A DNA stretch of 64,000 bases, from IMG/VR virus record IMGVR_UViG_3300048592_001370; one strand, 5' to 3'. Positions 9,192-18,567 of this stretch are shown here, in pieces. This stretch comes from an uncultured virus (IMG/VR IMGVR_UViG_3300048592_001370). Taxonomy: Duplodnaviria > Heunggongvirae > Uroviricota > Caudoviricetes. Position 1 is the first letter of the stretch. Every line of letters starts with the position of its first letter. The notes below the pieces were generated by a model. That model saw nothing but the letters and a program-made list of their open reading frames with translations. It did no database searches and was not told where the DNA came from. A program made the translations under genes and the position numbers.

Positions 9192-10988
9192 ATGATAAAA
9201 CTAACACAGCAAGTGAAGGTAAGAGAGAAGGCAACCGGAGGACACCATCTTGTATCCGGCAATCCCATCAGCCGCACTCCACCGATGGCGGTAAGAAGCC
9301 GCTCAATGGAGAAGGCCGATATGTCGATGATGACGGGGCCCGTCTCCAATTCGCGTTCCTTCAACTACATCACCGGAGCGGCGGCGCAGTACGACACGCT
9401 GCTGGCTGGATTGATGTCAGATGAAGAACAGAACCTGTACCGTTTCTACCGCGACATCTACAAGTACGATCCCGTAGCAGGTGCCTCTGTGGATCTGTTG
9501 TCCACTCTGCCGTTCTCCGACTTTAACCTGACGGGCTTGCCCGAGGATCAACTCAAGAAGTATCAGAGTTCGATTGAGCGCCTCAACCTCAAAACTCTGT
9601 TCCCGGAAATCAGTACAGACTTCCTGTCGCTTGGCAAGTTTGTGGCAACCCTCGTGTTCAAAAAGGACGAGGGTATCTTCACCGACGTTATGCCACATCA
9701 ACCCGAGAACGTAGAGATTACTCCTACTCCGTTCCTCGGTATCGATCCCGTCCTGACCGTGAAGCAGAGCGACGAAACGAGGCAATTCCTCTCTTCGACG
9801 GATCGGCGGTTGGTCGAGCTTCGCAATAGACTCAACCCGAATTTCCTCAAGGCCCTGCGGTCAGACGAGATGGTTCTCGACCCGTCTGTAACCCTCTTCC
9901 TTCCGCGCAAGACACACACGACTGAATTCAAAGGCGCTTCCTACTTCCGCCGAGTGCTTCCCATATACCTCCTGGAGAAGACGTTGTATCGCGGGACGTT
10001 AGTGGAAGCCGGTCGCCGGCAACGAGCACTTGTTCACCTGTCCTGTGGCGAACAAGGAGAATGGGAACCGACGGCTGAAGAGCTACAAGCCATTGTTACA
10101 TTGTTCCAGCAGACGGACCTTGATCCGTTAGGTGCGATCGTTGCTACTCGGAACGGTGTGCAACCAAATGAACTGCGCCAGGGTGGGGACTTCTGGAAAT
10201 GGACAGACATCGTCGATATCCTGTCGCCCCTCAAGTTGCGGGCCTTGGGAATTTCTGAGACCTTCCTGTCGGGCGAAGCGAACTACTCAAGCATGGAGGT
10301 TTCGCTCTCTGTGTTTATTGAGAACTTGCGTGCCTATCGTGACATGGTGACGCAGCGCATCTTCATATACAAGCTATTCCCGTTGATCGCTGTCATCAAT
10401 CGCTTCTACAAGGACACCGGCAAGGGCGAACAGGCACAAAGAGCGTTCGTTGAACGAGCCCTGTCGGACGCAGATACACAACTGCGTATCTCGTACAAGA
10501 TTGCGGACACCTCCAATCTGGCTATCCCGCAAGTGCATTGGCACAAGGCTCTGAAGCCAGAAGCGGACACACAGTATCTTGAAGTCCTGCGTTCCCTCGA
10601 CGAGCAAGGCTTGCCGATCCCAATGCGGACATGGGCGGCGGCCGGGGGTTTGTCTCTCGAAACCATCGAGCAAGAACTGACCGAAGAGAAGGAAATGATG
10701 ACGCGTATCGCGGCGTTGTCAAAAGGGGACGGCAAAGGAGGGGCCGAAGGCGAAGGTTTCAGCTTTAGCACCTACGGTACTCGCAAGTCTCCGATGCGGA
10801 ATTTCCTCACTCGTGACTATAGCGATCTGTACGAAGTCGCTGGATTGACGAAGACAGGGAAGCGCAAAGCGATTCTGAACCAGAAGGCAGAACAAGAACG
10901 TGTCAATCTGATGGTTGCCAAGGCTCTAAAAGAGCTAGCCGATCCACACGTATATCAGTCAGCCCTGAAGCGGGCAAAGAAGAGATAG
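9192..10988 (+). CDS. Probable portal protein
   Basis: 598 aa, between terL and the protease; portal-like segments YRDIYKYDPVAGASVDL and LGISETFLSGEANYS. Confidence 0.7.
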   Translation: MIKLTQQVKVREKATGGHHLVSGNPISRTPPMAVRSRSMEKADMSMMTGPVSNSRSFNYITGAAAQYDTLLAGLMSDEEQNLYRFYRDIYKYDPVAGASVDLLSTLPFSDFNLTGLPEDQLKKYQSSIERLNLKTLFPEISTDFLSLGKFVATLVFKKDEGIFTDVMPHQPENVEITPTPFLGIDPVLTVKQSDETRQFLSSTDRRLVELRNRLNPNFLKALRSDEMVLDPSVTLFLPRKTHTTEFKGASYFRRVLPIYLLEKTLYRGTLVEAGRRQRALVHLSCGEQGEWEPTAEELQAIVTLFQQTDLDPLGAIVATRNGVQPNELRQGGDFWKWTDIVDILSPLKLRALGISETFLSGEANYSSMEVSLSVFIENLRAYRDMVTQRIFIYKLFPLIAVINRFYKDTGKGEQAQRAFVERALSDADTQLRISYKIADTSNLAIPQVHWHKALKPEADTQYLEVLRSLDEQGLPIPMRTWAAAGGLSLETIEQELTEEKEMMTRIAALSKGDGKGGAEGEGFSFSTYGTRKSPMRNFLTRDYSDLYEVAGLTKTGKRKAILNQKAEQERVNLMVAKALKELADPHVYQSALKRAKKR

Positions 10989-10990
10989 CT

Positions 10991-11548
10991 ATGGAAAAGA
11001 AGCCAGGCCATTTCTACATCTGGATAACGGGAAACGTGCTTCCGAAGAGGAACACTCCGTATCTGATTAGCCGAGATCTGTTGGCCGTAACCAATACTCT
11101 CAAGCGCAAACAGAAGAAACCCGTACTGATAGTCGATCAGTCGAATCCTTCGAAGATCGCGTTGTCACTAGCCTCGGCACTGCAAGTCCAAACAGTCTCT
11201 TTCGGCGAAGTCCGTCAGTCCGAGGTTGATGAATTTGCTCAATCCGGCTCCCTGAAGGACAAGGTGGTCCTGGCGGATTCCATCATCTACTATGACCTTG
11301 ACGGCGAGGACGCGCTCTACGAATCCATAATGGATTTGAACCCGGCCAACATCATGTGTCGTGGCTACGTTCCTTCTACCGAGCCCGTAGAGACAAGAAC
11401 GACAGATGCGGATCCGTATGCTTTCTGGCATACCGTCCTGTATGAGAATTACCAGCCGAAGAAATTGCCCTACAAAGGCATTCGCATCCTGCAACAGATT
11501 GACCTGCGTCCTCCTGTTTGGCTACCCGGAGTAAAGAGATCGTACTGA
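10991..11548 (+). CDS. Hypothetical protein
   Basis: 185 aa ORF tightly packed in the head module. Confidence 0.7.
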   Translation: MEKKPGHFYIWITGNVLPKRNTPYLISRDLLAVTNTLKRKQKKPVLIVDQSNPSKIALSLASALQVQTVSFGEVRQSEVDEFAQSGSLKDKVVLADSIIYYDLDGEDALYESIMDLNPANIMCRGYVPSTEPVETRTTDADPYAFWHTVLYENYQPKKLPYKGIRILQQIDLRPPVWLPGVKRSY

Positions 11549-11549
11549 T

Positions 11550-11819
11550 ATGCTGAAAACAGTCCATCTGCGTCAGGACGCTTCTGCTACCCAGCAGAAA
11601 GGTACTTGGCAACATGCGAGCGGCCGTTACGTTGCGATGATCAGTTGTCCCGATTGTGGACTACTAATGACCGTTACCCAACGTCATCTGAGTGACGGTG
11701 AGGTGAAAAGAATACGTTGTCCATCCACCCAGTGTAATTTCAAAGGGAACGTAATACTTGAGAACTGGACCGAGATACCGGCCCAGAAGGAGACAGAAAA
11801 TGCCGCAACGCTTTCGTGA
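11550..11819 (+). CDS. Zn-ribbon protein
   Basis: CPDC...CPSTQC. Confidence 0.6.
   Translation: MLKTVHLRQDASATQQKGTWQHASGRYVAMISCPDCGLLMTVTQRHLSDGEVKRIRCPSTQCNFKGNVILENWTEIPAQKETENAATLS
11735..11750 (+). promoter_or_regulatory. Candidate late promoter motif TAATTTCAAAGGGAAC, copy 2
   Basis: About 50 nt upstream of the protease ATG; near-identical to 8672-8687. Confidence 0.45.
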
Positions 11820-12591
11820 GAAACAATTCGCCGAGTACGCAGATGCTTTTGGGATCGGTTACTCGATCGATATGCACAAAGGTTCCCGAAACAAGGATGT
11901 GCTGGTCGACCGACAGAATCAGCGCATCGAGATCAAAGCGAACGCCGATCTAGGCGAGATGCACTCGTTGGATTTCTCGTCCTGGCTTCCGTTTGCTTCG
12001 CGGGAGTACAAGATTTCCAGCAACATCATGGACTACATCTTGGTTCCCGTCATCACGATTCCCTCCGATCTGCCGAATCGCAATGGCGTGGCCTTTCCAC
12101 TGAAGGAACTGACAAAGTTTTCCATCGATCAAGGACGATTGGCCTACAAGACATTCGCAGGCAAGCCGGTTCATATTGAGCACGCGAACGAAGATCCCAC
12201 TAAGGCTATTGGCGTGATCGTCGATGCTACTCTGCGCAAGCTCGATGGCTTCGCGGGTGGGAAGGTGTGGAAGCTTGTCGAACTGCTTGCAATCGACCGA
12301 AGCAAGGACAAGCTCCTTGCTTCGCGTATCGTTTCCGGTGACATGAACTGTTACTCGATGGGAGCTTGGGTCGGTGGTTATCAATGCTCCATCTGCAATG
12401 CCGAGATGGGTAACTGCGGTCACTTGCATCCACGCGAGATGCGAGACTTCTACGAGATCGATGGAAAGCTCTGCTATCGCAAGGTGAGAGACATAGTCGG
12501 TTTCGAGACGAGCAGCGTCCAAACCCCGGCGTACGTCTCTGCAATACAAACTCGACTGTTTGACCACAACGGGCTCGAAGTAAGGACATAA
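11800..12591 (+). CDS. Probable prohead (capsid maturation) protease with Zn finger
   Basis: PNRNG, GKPVHIEH, SMG, CSIC..CGH, FETSSVQTPA; HK97/assemblin-like pattern. Confidence 0.7.
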   Translation: MPQRFREKQFAEYADAFGIGYSIDMHKGSRNKDVLVDRQNQRIEIKANADLGEMHSLDFSSWLPFASREYKISSNIMDYILVPVITIPSDLPNRNGVAFPLKELTKFSIDQGRLAYKTFAGKPVHIEHANEDPTKAIGVIVDATLRKLDGFAGGKVWKLVELLAIDRSKDKLLASRIVSGDMNCYSMGAWVGGYQCSICNAEMGNCGHLHPREMRDFYEIDGKLCYRKVRDIVGFETSSVQTPAYVSAIQTRLFDHNGLEVRT

Positions 12592-12601
12592 GGACGAGGA
12601 A

Positions 12602-13210
12602 ATGCTAGGCCTGAACAAGTCTCCGGAAACACCGATGGACTACTTCTGCCTAGCCCTCCGCTTATCGCTAGGCGAGCGTTGTCCCTATACCAAAAAGCAT
12701 GGAGTTCGCGTCAGCACAATGGCTGTGTCGATCGGTGCCTTGTTGGGGTTGTCAAAACGGGACTTGAGTATTTTGAAGTACGCGGCGGCCTGCCACGATA
12801 TTGGGAAGCTCGGCCTACCCGACCAATTGTTGTACAAGCCCGCTCCGTTCAACGAGGCCGAGTGGGCGCTGATGCGAACACATAGCGAACGCGGTGCCAA
12901 TCTGTTTCGGGACAGCGAAGTAGAAGACGCAGACGAAATAGCAATGGTTATCGAACAGCACCACGAACACTTTGACGGTAGCGGATATCCTCGCGGTCTG
13001 GTTGGAGAAACAATCGACCTACGTTCCCGGATTATCTCCGTCGTGGATAGCTACGATGCAATGGCCCTTCCCCGTGTCTATCAGAGGGCTCGAACTCACC
13101 GTGAGATAATGAACGTGCTGGAGCATGAACGTGGGTCGAAACACGACCCAGCTGTGTTGGATGTATTTTTCCAAGTGTTTTTGTTGAAGACAGAAGGAGA
13201 GCAACAATGA
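12602..13210 (+). CDS. Stand-alone HD-GYP cyclic-dinucleotide phosphodiesterase
   Basis: YTKKHGVRV, HDIGK, HSERG, HHEHFDGSGYPRGL, DSYDAM..PRVY. Confidence 0.92.
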   Translation: MLGLNKSPETPMDYFCLALRLSLGERCPYTKKHGVRVSTMAVSIGALLGLSKRDLSILKYAAACHDIGKLGLPDQLLYKPAPFNEAEWALMRTHSERGANLFRDSEVEDADEIAMVIEQHHEHFDGSGYPRGLVGETIDLRSRIISVVDSYDAMALPRVYQRARTHREIMNVLEHERGSKHDPAVLDVFFQVFLLKTEGEQQ

Positions 13211-13317
13211 TTGAACTCGTTATCGGTATTGCCATTGGCGCTGCGTTCGCCCCGTTCTGGATCAAGGTTTGGAACATGGCCAAGGCCAAGTACGAAGCAT
13301 TCAAGAACAAAGGTTGA
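13207..13317 (+). CDS. 36-aa membrane peptide (not in ORF track)
   Basis: MIELVIGIAIGAAFAPFWIKVWNMAKAKYEAFKNKG; AGGAG RBS and ATGA overlap. Confidence 0.65.
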   Translation: MIELVIGIAIGAAFAPFWIKVWNMAKAKYEAFKNKG

Positions 13318-13323
13318 TGGAAA

Positions 13324-13809
13324 GTGTCGTTGCTGAACCCACTCAGACGAACTGCTAACCGTATTAGCAAGACTGTCCGGTCCTTCATGTTCCTACACAG
13401 AAGGTACTTCTGGCAGTCTGATACGGAAGGAACACGATTTGTCATCGCGTGTTCCTCGCTGCTATGGTACATCATGTTAGCCTCTCCAGGTAATACCTTC
13501 GATCGGCCGACATATTCTATCATGCGCATGTACGCCAGTGAGACCGGGTGGGAAGTTGCGTTCTTGCTTTACGGTTTGTTTGCACTCTATATCTTGTTTG
13601 CCCGTGTCTATCGAAAATGGCTAGACATAATCATAAGCACCTACGGATGCTTGCTTTGGATGATTTCTTGCCTATCCATGACATTCGCTATCTGGCCGTT
13701 GCCGGCAGCGATCTCCGGCGAGATAGTCCTGTCCTTGGCATCCTTGTGGGTCCTAGTACGCGTGATCGTAGACAGAGGAAGACGCTTCAAGTGGAGTGAG
13801 GTAGAATGA
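13324..13809 (+). CDS. Four-TM membrane protein (holin-like candidate)
   Basis: Four hydrophobic segments and a basic C terminus. Confidence 0.55.
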   Translation: MSLLNPLRRTANRISKTVRSFMFLHRRYFWQSDTEGTRFVIACSSLLWYIMLASPGNTFDRPTYSIMRMYASETGWEVAFLLYGLFALYILFARVYRKWLDIIISTYGCLLWMISCLSMTFAIWPLPAAISGEIVLSLASLWVLVRVIVDRGRRFKWSEVE

Positions 13810-14297
13810 CAACACCCATGGAAGGTATTGAAATAGGCTACCAGCTCACCTCTCTAGGAGCGGTTGCTGCTGTGGCGGGAGTCGTTATTTTCGGCGTCGT
13901 TCGCCGCTTCTTGTCGAAGACGTCTGTTGACGTCATTGCGAACAATAGTACCGCTGACGTGTTGAACGAGATGCGGAAAGAGCGCGACGATCTGCGTAAA
14001 GATCGTGACGACCAGAGACTGCGTGCTGACACATTCGCCAAAGAACGCATGGAGGCGATGGAAAAAGTCGGCGCTCTGACAGTTGAGGTAAAGCTCTTGC
14101 GGGATCAGCTGACATCGCAAGAGAATGAATTGCGTGCGATGGAAGAGCAGATGCTCGATATTCAGAACCAGCTGAAGGAAGCGCGCAAGACACTGTCCGA
14201 GACACAAGAAATGCTGCGTGAGACACTGCGGCAGAACGCCGAGTGGATCAATCGTTGTACCAATTGTGATTTTCGCAAGTTTGCGGAGGGCAAATGA
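13806..14297 (+). CDS. Membrane-anchored coiled-coil protein
   Basis: N-terminal TM followed by a long heptad-rich region. Confidence 0.7.
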   Translation: MTTPMEGIEIGYQLTSLGAVAAVAGVVIFGVVRRFLSKTSVDVIANNSTADVLNEMRKERDDLRKDRDDQRLRADTFAKERMEAMEKVGALTVEVKLLRDQLTSQENELRAMEEQMLDIQNQLKEARKTLSETQEMLRETLRQNAEWINRCTNCDFRKFAEGK

Positions 14298-14908
14298 TCA
14301 AGGTTCTGAAAGTCTTGTCTGAGGCTAACACGCTGGATACACTCACGTTGGACATTCCCTTGTTCATTCGTTTGTTGGAGTACGCCCGTGAAGATGCGCC
14401 GGGTGACGCGGCCCTTCATAAGCTGACAGAGAACGCTATTCGTATCAATCAATCTGGAGTAGAGATTCTTGGTATGGATAACTACGAGAACATGCTGGAA
14501 GGCATTCCACAGAAGGAACAAGCTGGTCTTGGCGCTATGCTCAAGAAGCTTGCCGCTAACATCCTGCTTGCGATGGACATGGGACTGTACAAGTTCCAAC
14601 TCGTAGGAGACAGACTGTCCTGGACGCCGCGTTCGGGCTCCGGCAAACGTTCTATCCCCTTCGCCAAAGACATGGATGTTTCGCGTGCGTCATCTGTGAT
14701 CCTGCACGACATCCTGAACGAGACGGGGTACAGTGATAAGATCGACAACGATCAAAAACACTGGATGCAAGTCCTGCAGAACATGTCCAATCAGGACATA
14801 GCCAAGAAGTGGAAGGAACTCGCGCCGATCGTTGACAGAGGAGCTGAGTTGATCGGAACTGCGGCCTCTGTCAAGAAACCGAAGATTACGCTAGTGAGGA
14901 AGAAATGA
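14294..14908 (+). CDS. Hypothetical protein (IKVLKVLSEA leader)
   Basis: ATGA overlaps at both ends. Confidence 0.7.
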   Translation: MIKVLKVLSEANTLDTLTLDIPLFIRLLEYAREDAPGDAALHKLTENAIRINQSGVEILGMDNYENMLEGIPQKEQAGLGAMLKKLAANILLAMDMGLYKFQLVGDRLSWTPRSGSGKRSIPFAKDMDVSRASSVILHDILNETGYSDKIDNDQKHWMQVLQNMSNQDIAKKWKELAPIVDRGAELIGTAASVKKPKITLVRKK

Positions 14909-15402
14909 GAGACCTGTTACTGCTGCTCACGTTGTTCCTTGCTAGCCCAGCGATGGCGGTGAATTGCGAGGTAGCGTTCACCCCGGATAAGCAGGCTGTC
15001 GAGACACACATCCTTCCCATCATAGACGAAGCAAAGCGCCATCTTCGGATGCACGCCTATGCTCTGACGAATGACCAAATCGTAGCGAGCTTGATTGCCG
15101 CGAAGGAACGTGGAGTTGATGTACAGGTACTCGTCGACAAGTTCTCCATCACGGTCAAGGGTACTGATGTAGACAGGCTGTTGAAGGCAAACATTACCAT
15201 CTACATCTCGGGTGGTTCCCGGATGGGACACTCTAAGTACATCGTAGCCGACAAGCGCGTGCTGCAGACCGGTTCTTTCAACTACTCGGCGGGCGCTGAG
15301 TACAACTCGGAAAATTTGGTGATGTGTCGTTCAACCAAGTTGTCGGCGCAGTATCTGGAAGACTGGGAATCCAAACGCGCCAAGTCGAGGCTGTACGAAT
15401 GA
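14905..15402 (+). CDS. Secreted PLD-family (Nuc-like) endonuclease
   Basis: Signal peptide ending AMA; single HxKxxxxD (HSKYIVAD), GSFNYS, ENL. Confidence 0.85.
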   Translation: MRDLLLLLTLFLASPAMAVNCEVAFTPDKQAVETHILPIIDEAKRHLRMHAYALTNDQIVASLIAAKERGVDVQVLVDKFSITVKGTDVDRLLKANITIYISGGSRMGHSKYIVADKRVLQTGSFNYSAGAEYNSENLVMCRSTKLSAQYLEDWESKRAKSRLYE

Positions 15403-15412
15403 GGAGATCAAC

Positions 15413-15823
15413 GTGCTAGATCTGTTCAAGAACATTCAGAATCCAAGGCTAAAGGTACTTGCAGAAACGGCAAGTGTGATCGCGGTTTTTACCTCGATAG
15501 CCTTCGGCGTGTCGTCCTTCTTCGATGCTCACTATGCCAGAGCCGACGATTTCAATGAGTTTCGTTCGGCCGCCGTCGTGCAGATGAAGAAGCAAGAAGT
15601 GCTGTCGGAAAAGCAATGGATGAAAGCACGCTACCAACAGCTGGAGGACAAGGACGCTGAAATCCAGTACAAGAAAGACGAGAAGAAAGACACGAATGTC
15701 GATCGGAACATGCAACGCCGATACCAAGCTGAGATGAAATCCATCCAGTCTGAGATACAAGAAAAAGAAGCGGCCTTGAGAGAGTTAGAACGTAGAGAAA
15801 TGAAGCTGAATGCGGTGAGGTGA
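15413..15823 (+). CDS. TM plus coiled-coil protein
   Basis: GAGGAG RBS; hydrophobic N-terminal helix. Confidence 0.7.
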   Translation: MLDLFKNIQNPRLKVLAETASVIAVFTSIAFGVSSFFDAHYARADDFNEFRSAAVVQMKKQEVLSEKQWMKARYQQLEDKDAEIQYKKDEKKDTNVDRNMQRRYQAEMKSIQSEIQEKEAALRELERREMKLNAVR

Positions 15824-15828
15824 CAGAC

Positions 15829-15838
15829 TTGTAAATAG
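15829..15838 (+). promoter_or_regulatory. TTGTAAATAG motif (candidate phage promoter)
   Basis: Intergenic; identical 10-mer on the - strand at 51920-51929. Confidence 0.4.
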
Positions 15839-15878
15839 TGGGTGTAGTAGACCTGTTCCTAGGTAGGAGATTACACTC

Positions 15879-16058
15879 ATGAAAATCAAGAACGTTTCCC
15901 TTGCAACTCCGCAGAAGAAGTCTCTCAGGCCCGTGAAGGTTCCCGCATTCGCGACTGTTGATACAGAGGTCGCATGGCCACTTCCTGTGACGGAGTATAA
16001 ACATGCCCAGAAACGGAATTCGGATACTGTCAGAAAAGAAGGAAGTGGCCGCGTATAA
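15879..16058 (+). CDS. 59-aa hypothetical protein (not in ORF track)
   Basis: MKIKNVSLATPQKK...; AGGAG RBS. Confidence 0.55.
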   Translation: MKIKNVSLATPQKKSLRPVKVPAFATVDTEVAWPLPVTEYKHAQKRNSDTVRKEGSGRV

Positions 16059-16242
16059 CGAATACTCCTTCCGTGTCGATATGTCTGGTTTCTCCGAAAC
16101 AATGAACACTCGCGCTGCATCCGAGACGCAAGCTCGTTCAAACATTAGGTTCCGTCTTTCGCAAAAGCTAGGGAAAACACCCGGGGCGCTCAAAGCCATG
16201 GAGCAACGAGGCGAACTAACGATAACAAAAGTGGGAGGCTGA
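16003..16242 (+). CDS. Hypothetical protein
   Basis: GGAG RBS; 79 aa. Confidence 0.6.
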   Translation: MPRNGIRILSEKKEVAAYNEYSFRVDMSGFSETMNTRAASETQARSNIRFRLSQKLGKTPGALKAMEQRGELTITKVGG

Positions 16243-16243
16243 C

Positions 16244-16600
16244 GTGATAGTGCGAAAACGCGCCGTTGCGAATGGTTACGATAGCGAGATCAAGTACGAG
16301 CAGGAAGACGATATCGAGGACACCGAGGATCCAGGCCCGATGTTCAATCGGGAAGCCTTCGATATCCAGTATCAGATGTCTCGCAGCAAAGTGGAAGAGC
16401 AACCCAGCAGACTGGAACTCGACATGCTGGCAGATTCCCTGGCCCTTCATCTGAGCCTGACGCCTAGCCCAAGGCAGAACGAACTACGTGGTGTATTCCA
16501 AATACCGGTGCCGGCTACCAAGAAGAGCTACGTGCTCGACGTGATAGTCAGTCCTGCGAACATTGCCTTCGCCATTCTTTCTGAGTCGAATCTGCACTAG
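16244..16600 (+). CDS. Hypothetical protein
   Basis: GGAGG RBS, GTG start. Confidence 0.6.
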   Translation: MIVRKRAVANGYDSEIKYEQEDDIEDTEDPGPMFNREAFDIQYQMSRSKVEEQPSRLELDMLADSLALHLSLTPSPRQNELRGVFQIPVPATKKSYVLDVIVSPANIAFAILSESNLH

Positions 16601-16605
16601 AGAAA

Positions 16606-18567
16606 ATGCCTATCAAGCTATTGGAAACCTCTGCGAACAGAATTACGCTGGTAGATATTCTGAAGATGGCTTCGGACATCTACTACAACGAACAGGAACG
16701 TCGAACGACGAAAGTTCCTACGGACATGATTAGGGCCCGCGACAGGGCCCTCTTGCATTATGGTCTACCTGCGACCAAAGGGCGTCTGCAGCCCTTCATG
16801 ACGGACAAGGAATTCGACGCTCTGCTAGACAAGCTGCGCGAGCTGAAGCCTACGCATCCTTTCTTGTCGCAGGTTGGAGCTCCAGTACGCTCGAAGCAAA
16901 AAGTACGGTTGCCGTACAACATGCCATCGCTGGACAAGATCAAACCTGAATCCGGGAACGTGGACCAATGGCTCGCTCGACATCCTGGGCCATATCTGGT
17001 TTCTGACAAGATCGACGGCGTGTCTCTCCTGCTGGATTATGCGAAAGGGAAGAAGATCCGGGCTTTCAAGAGAGGGGACGGCATTACAGGTACCGACATG
17101 ACCTCGTTCGTGCCGCATCTACGTGTTCCGAAATTGAACGCGGACGTTGCTGTGCGCGGAGAGATCGTGATGCCTATTTCACGCTTCAATGCAAAGTGGG
17201 CTGCCGAGTTCAAGAATGCACGCAACCTTACTTCCGGTATTACCAATCGCAACGATGTGCACGAAGCGTTGGCCGATGTCAAAGTTGTCATCTACGAAGT
17301 CCTCAATCCACGTGGCATTCCCAGCAAGCAGTTAGCCTGGGCGAAGTCAAAGGGCTTCACCGTTGTAGGTAGCAAACGCTACACCGTCCTGACGAGCGAC
17401 AAACTCCTCAAGATACTGGCCCTACGCAAGAAGAACTCGAAGTACGAAGTAGACGGCCTAGTCATTACACAGGACAAGCGCAATCCCTTACCTAGTGGCT
17501 TGCAAAATCCAGACTGGTCGATTGCATTCAAGGCTGAGTCCCTGATGGGAACGGCCATCACGAAGATCATTCGGGTGGAATGGAACGTGACCCGAACTGG
17601 TTTCTACTTCCCGAGACTGGTCATCAAACCCGTGAATGTAAGCGGAGTTACGGTACGTTACATCAGTGGCAAGTCGGGTGCCTTCATCAAGCGGAACAGA
17701 CTAGGGCCCGGTGCCGAAGTACGTGTCCGTCGTTCCGGTGACGTGATCCCTGACATTCAGGACGCGGACGTCATCAAAGGAACCAAGGCTCAATTCCCTA
17801 CTACCGAGTATGAGTGGGAAGGGGAGCATATCAGGATACCCGGTGATTCCTCAGAACACTACTCAGTGAAGACAAAGGCCATCACCTACTTCTTCAGCAC
17901 GATCGGCGTGGAGAACTTTAAGCTCGCTACAGTTGAAAAGTTTGTGAACCACGGGCTGGATTCGGTACCCGCTATTCTCAAGCTAACCAAGCCGCAGTTT
18001 GTGTCGGTTCCTGGTGGAACCAAGACGCTCAATTCCGTCTACGATCAGATCCAGAAAGCAATCAATGGCCTGGATCTTGCACTTCTCATGGCCGCCTCTC
18101 AAGTGTTTGGTCGTTCCATGGGCTACCGTCGTTCCAAGGCTATTATCAAGAAGTACCCAAACATCCTCGACTACGCGCAACAGCCGGTTCGCGTTGTGCA
18201 TGACATGATCGTTGCGATTCCCGGTTTCCAGTCTACCACCGCTGGGATGTTCGCCAACAACTTGAAGACTTTCGCCAATTGGCTGCGTCAGGTTCCTTCC
18301 ATCAAGTGGACGCTACCGAAGAAGGCACGGGTGATAGGTGACAAAATGGCCGGACAGGTTGTCTGCGTGACCGGCTTCCGCAACGAGGACTTGGCGAAAT
18401 TCGTCACGGAGCAGGGAGGGCAATTCACTGAAAGTTTCAGTCGTGGAGTAACGCTGCTGCTACATATCGCAGGCAAGCATTCATCCAAGATCGACAGGGC
18501 CAAAGCCATGGGAATCCGTCTAATGACGCTTGACGATTTCTCGCGCAAATACGGGTTTCGGACATGA
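16606..18567 (+). CDS. ligA: NAD-dependent DNA ligase
   Basis: MPSLDK, KIDG, RGDG, VRGE, NARN, DGLV, IAFK, RSGDVIP; C-terminal BRCT. Confidence 0.93.
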   Translation: MPIKLLETSANRITLVDILKMASDIYYNEQERRTTKVPTDMIRARDRALLHYGLPATKGRLQPFMTDKEFDALLDKLRELKPTHPFLSQVGAPVRSKQKVRLPYNMPSLDKIKPESGNVDQWLARHPGPYLVSDKIDGVSLLLDYAKGKKIRAFKRGDGITGTDMTSFVPHLRVPKLNADVAVRGEIVMPISRFNAKWAAEFKNARNLTSGITNRNDVHEALADVKVVIYEVLNPRGIPSKQLAWAKSKGFTVVGSKRYTVLTSDKLLKILALRKKNSKYEVDGLVITQDKRNPLPSGLQNPDWSIAFKAESLMGTAITKIIRVEWNVTRTGFYFPRLVIKPVNVSGVTVRYISGKSGAFIKRNRLGPGAEVRVRRSGDVIPDIQDADVIKGTKAQFPTTEYEWEGEHIRIPGDSSEHYSVKTKAITYFFSTIGVENFKLATVEKFVNHGLDSVPAILKLTKPQFVSVPGGTKTLNSVYDQIQKAINGLDLALLMAASQVFGRSMGYRRSKAIIKKYPNILDYAQQPVRVVHDMIVAIPGFQSTTAGMFANNLKTFANWLRQVPSIKWTLPKKARVIGDKMAGQVVCVTGFRNEDLAKFVTEQGGQFTESFSRGVTLLLHIAGKHSSKIDRAKAMGIRLMTLDDFSRKYGFRT

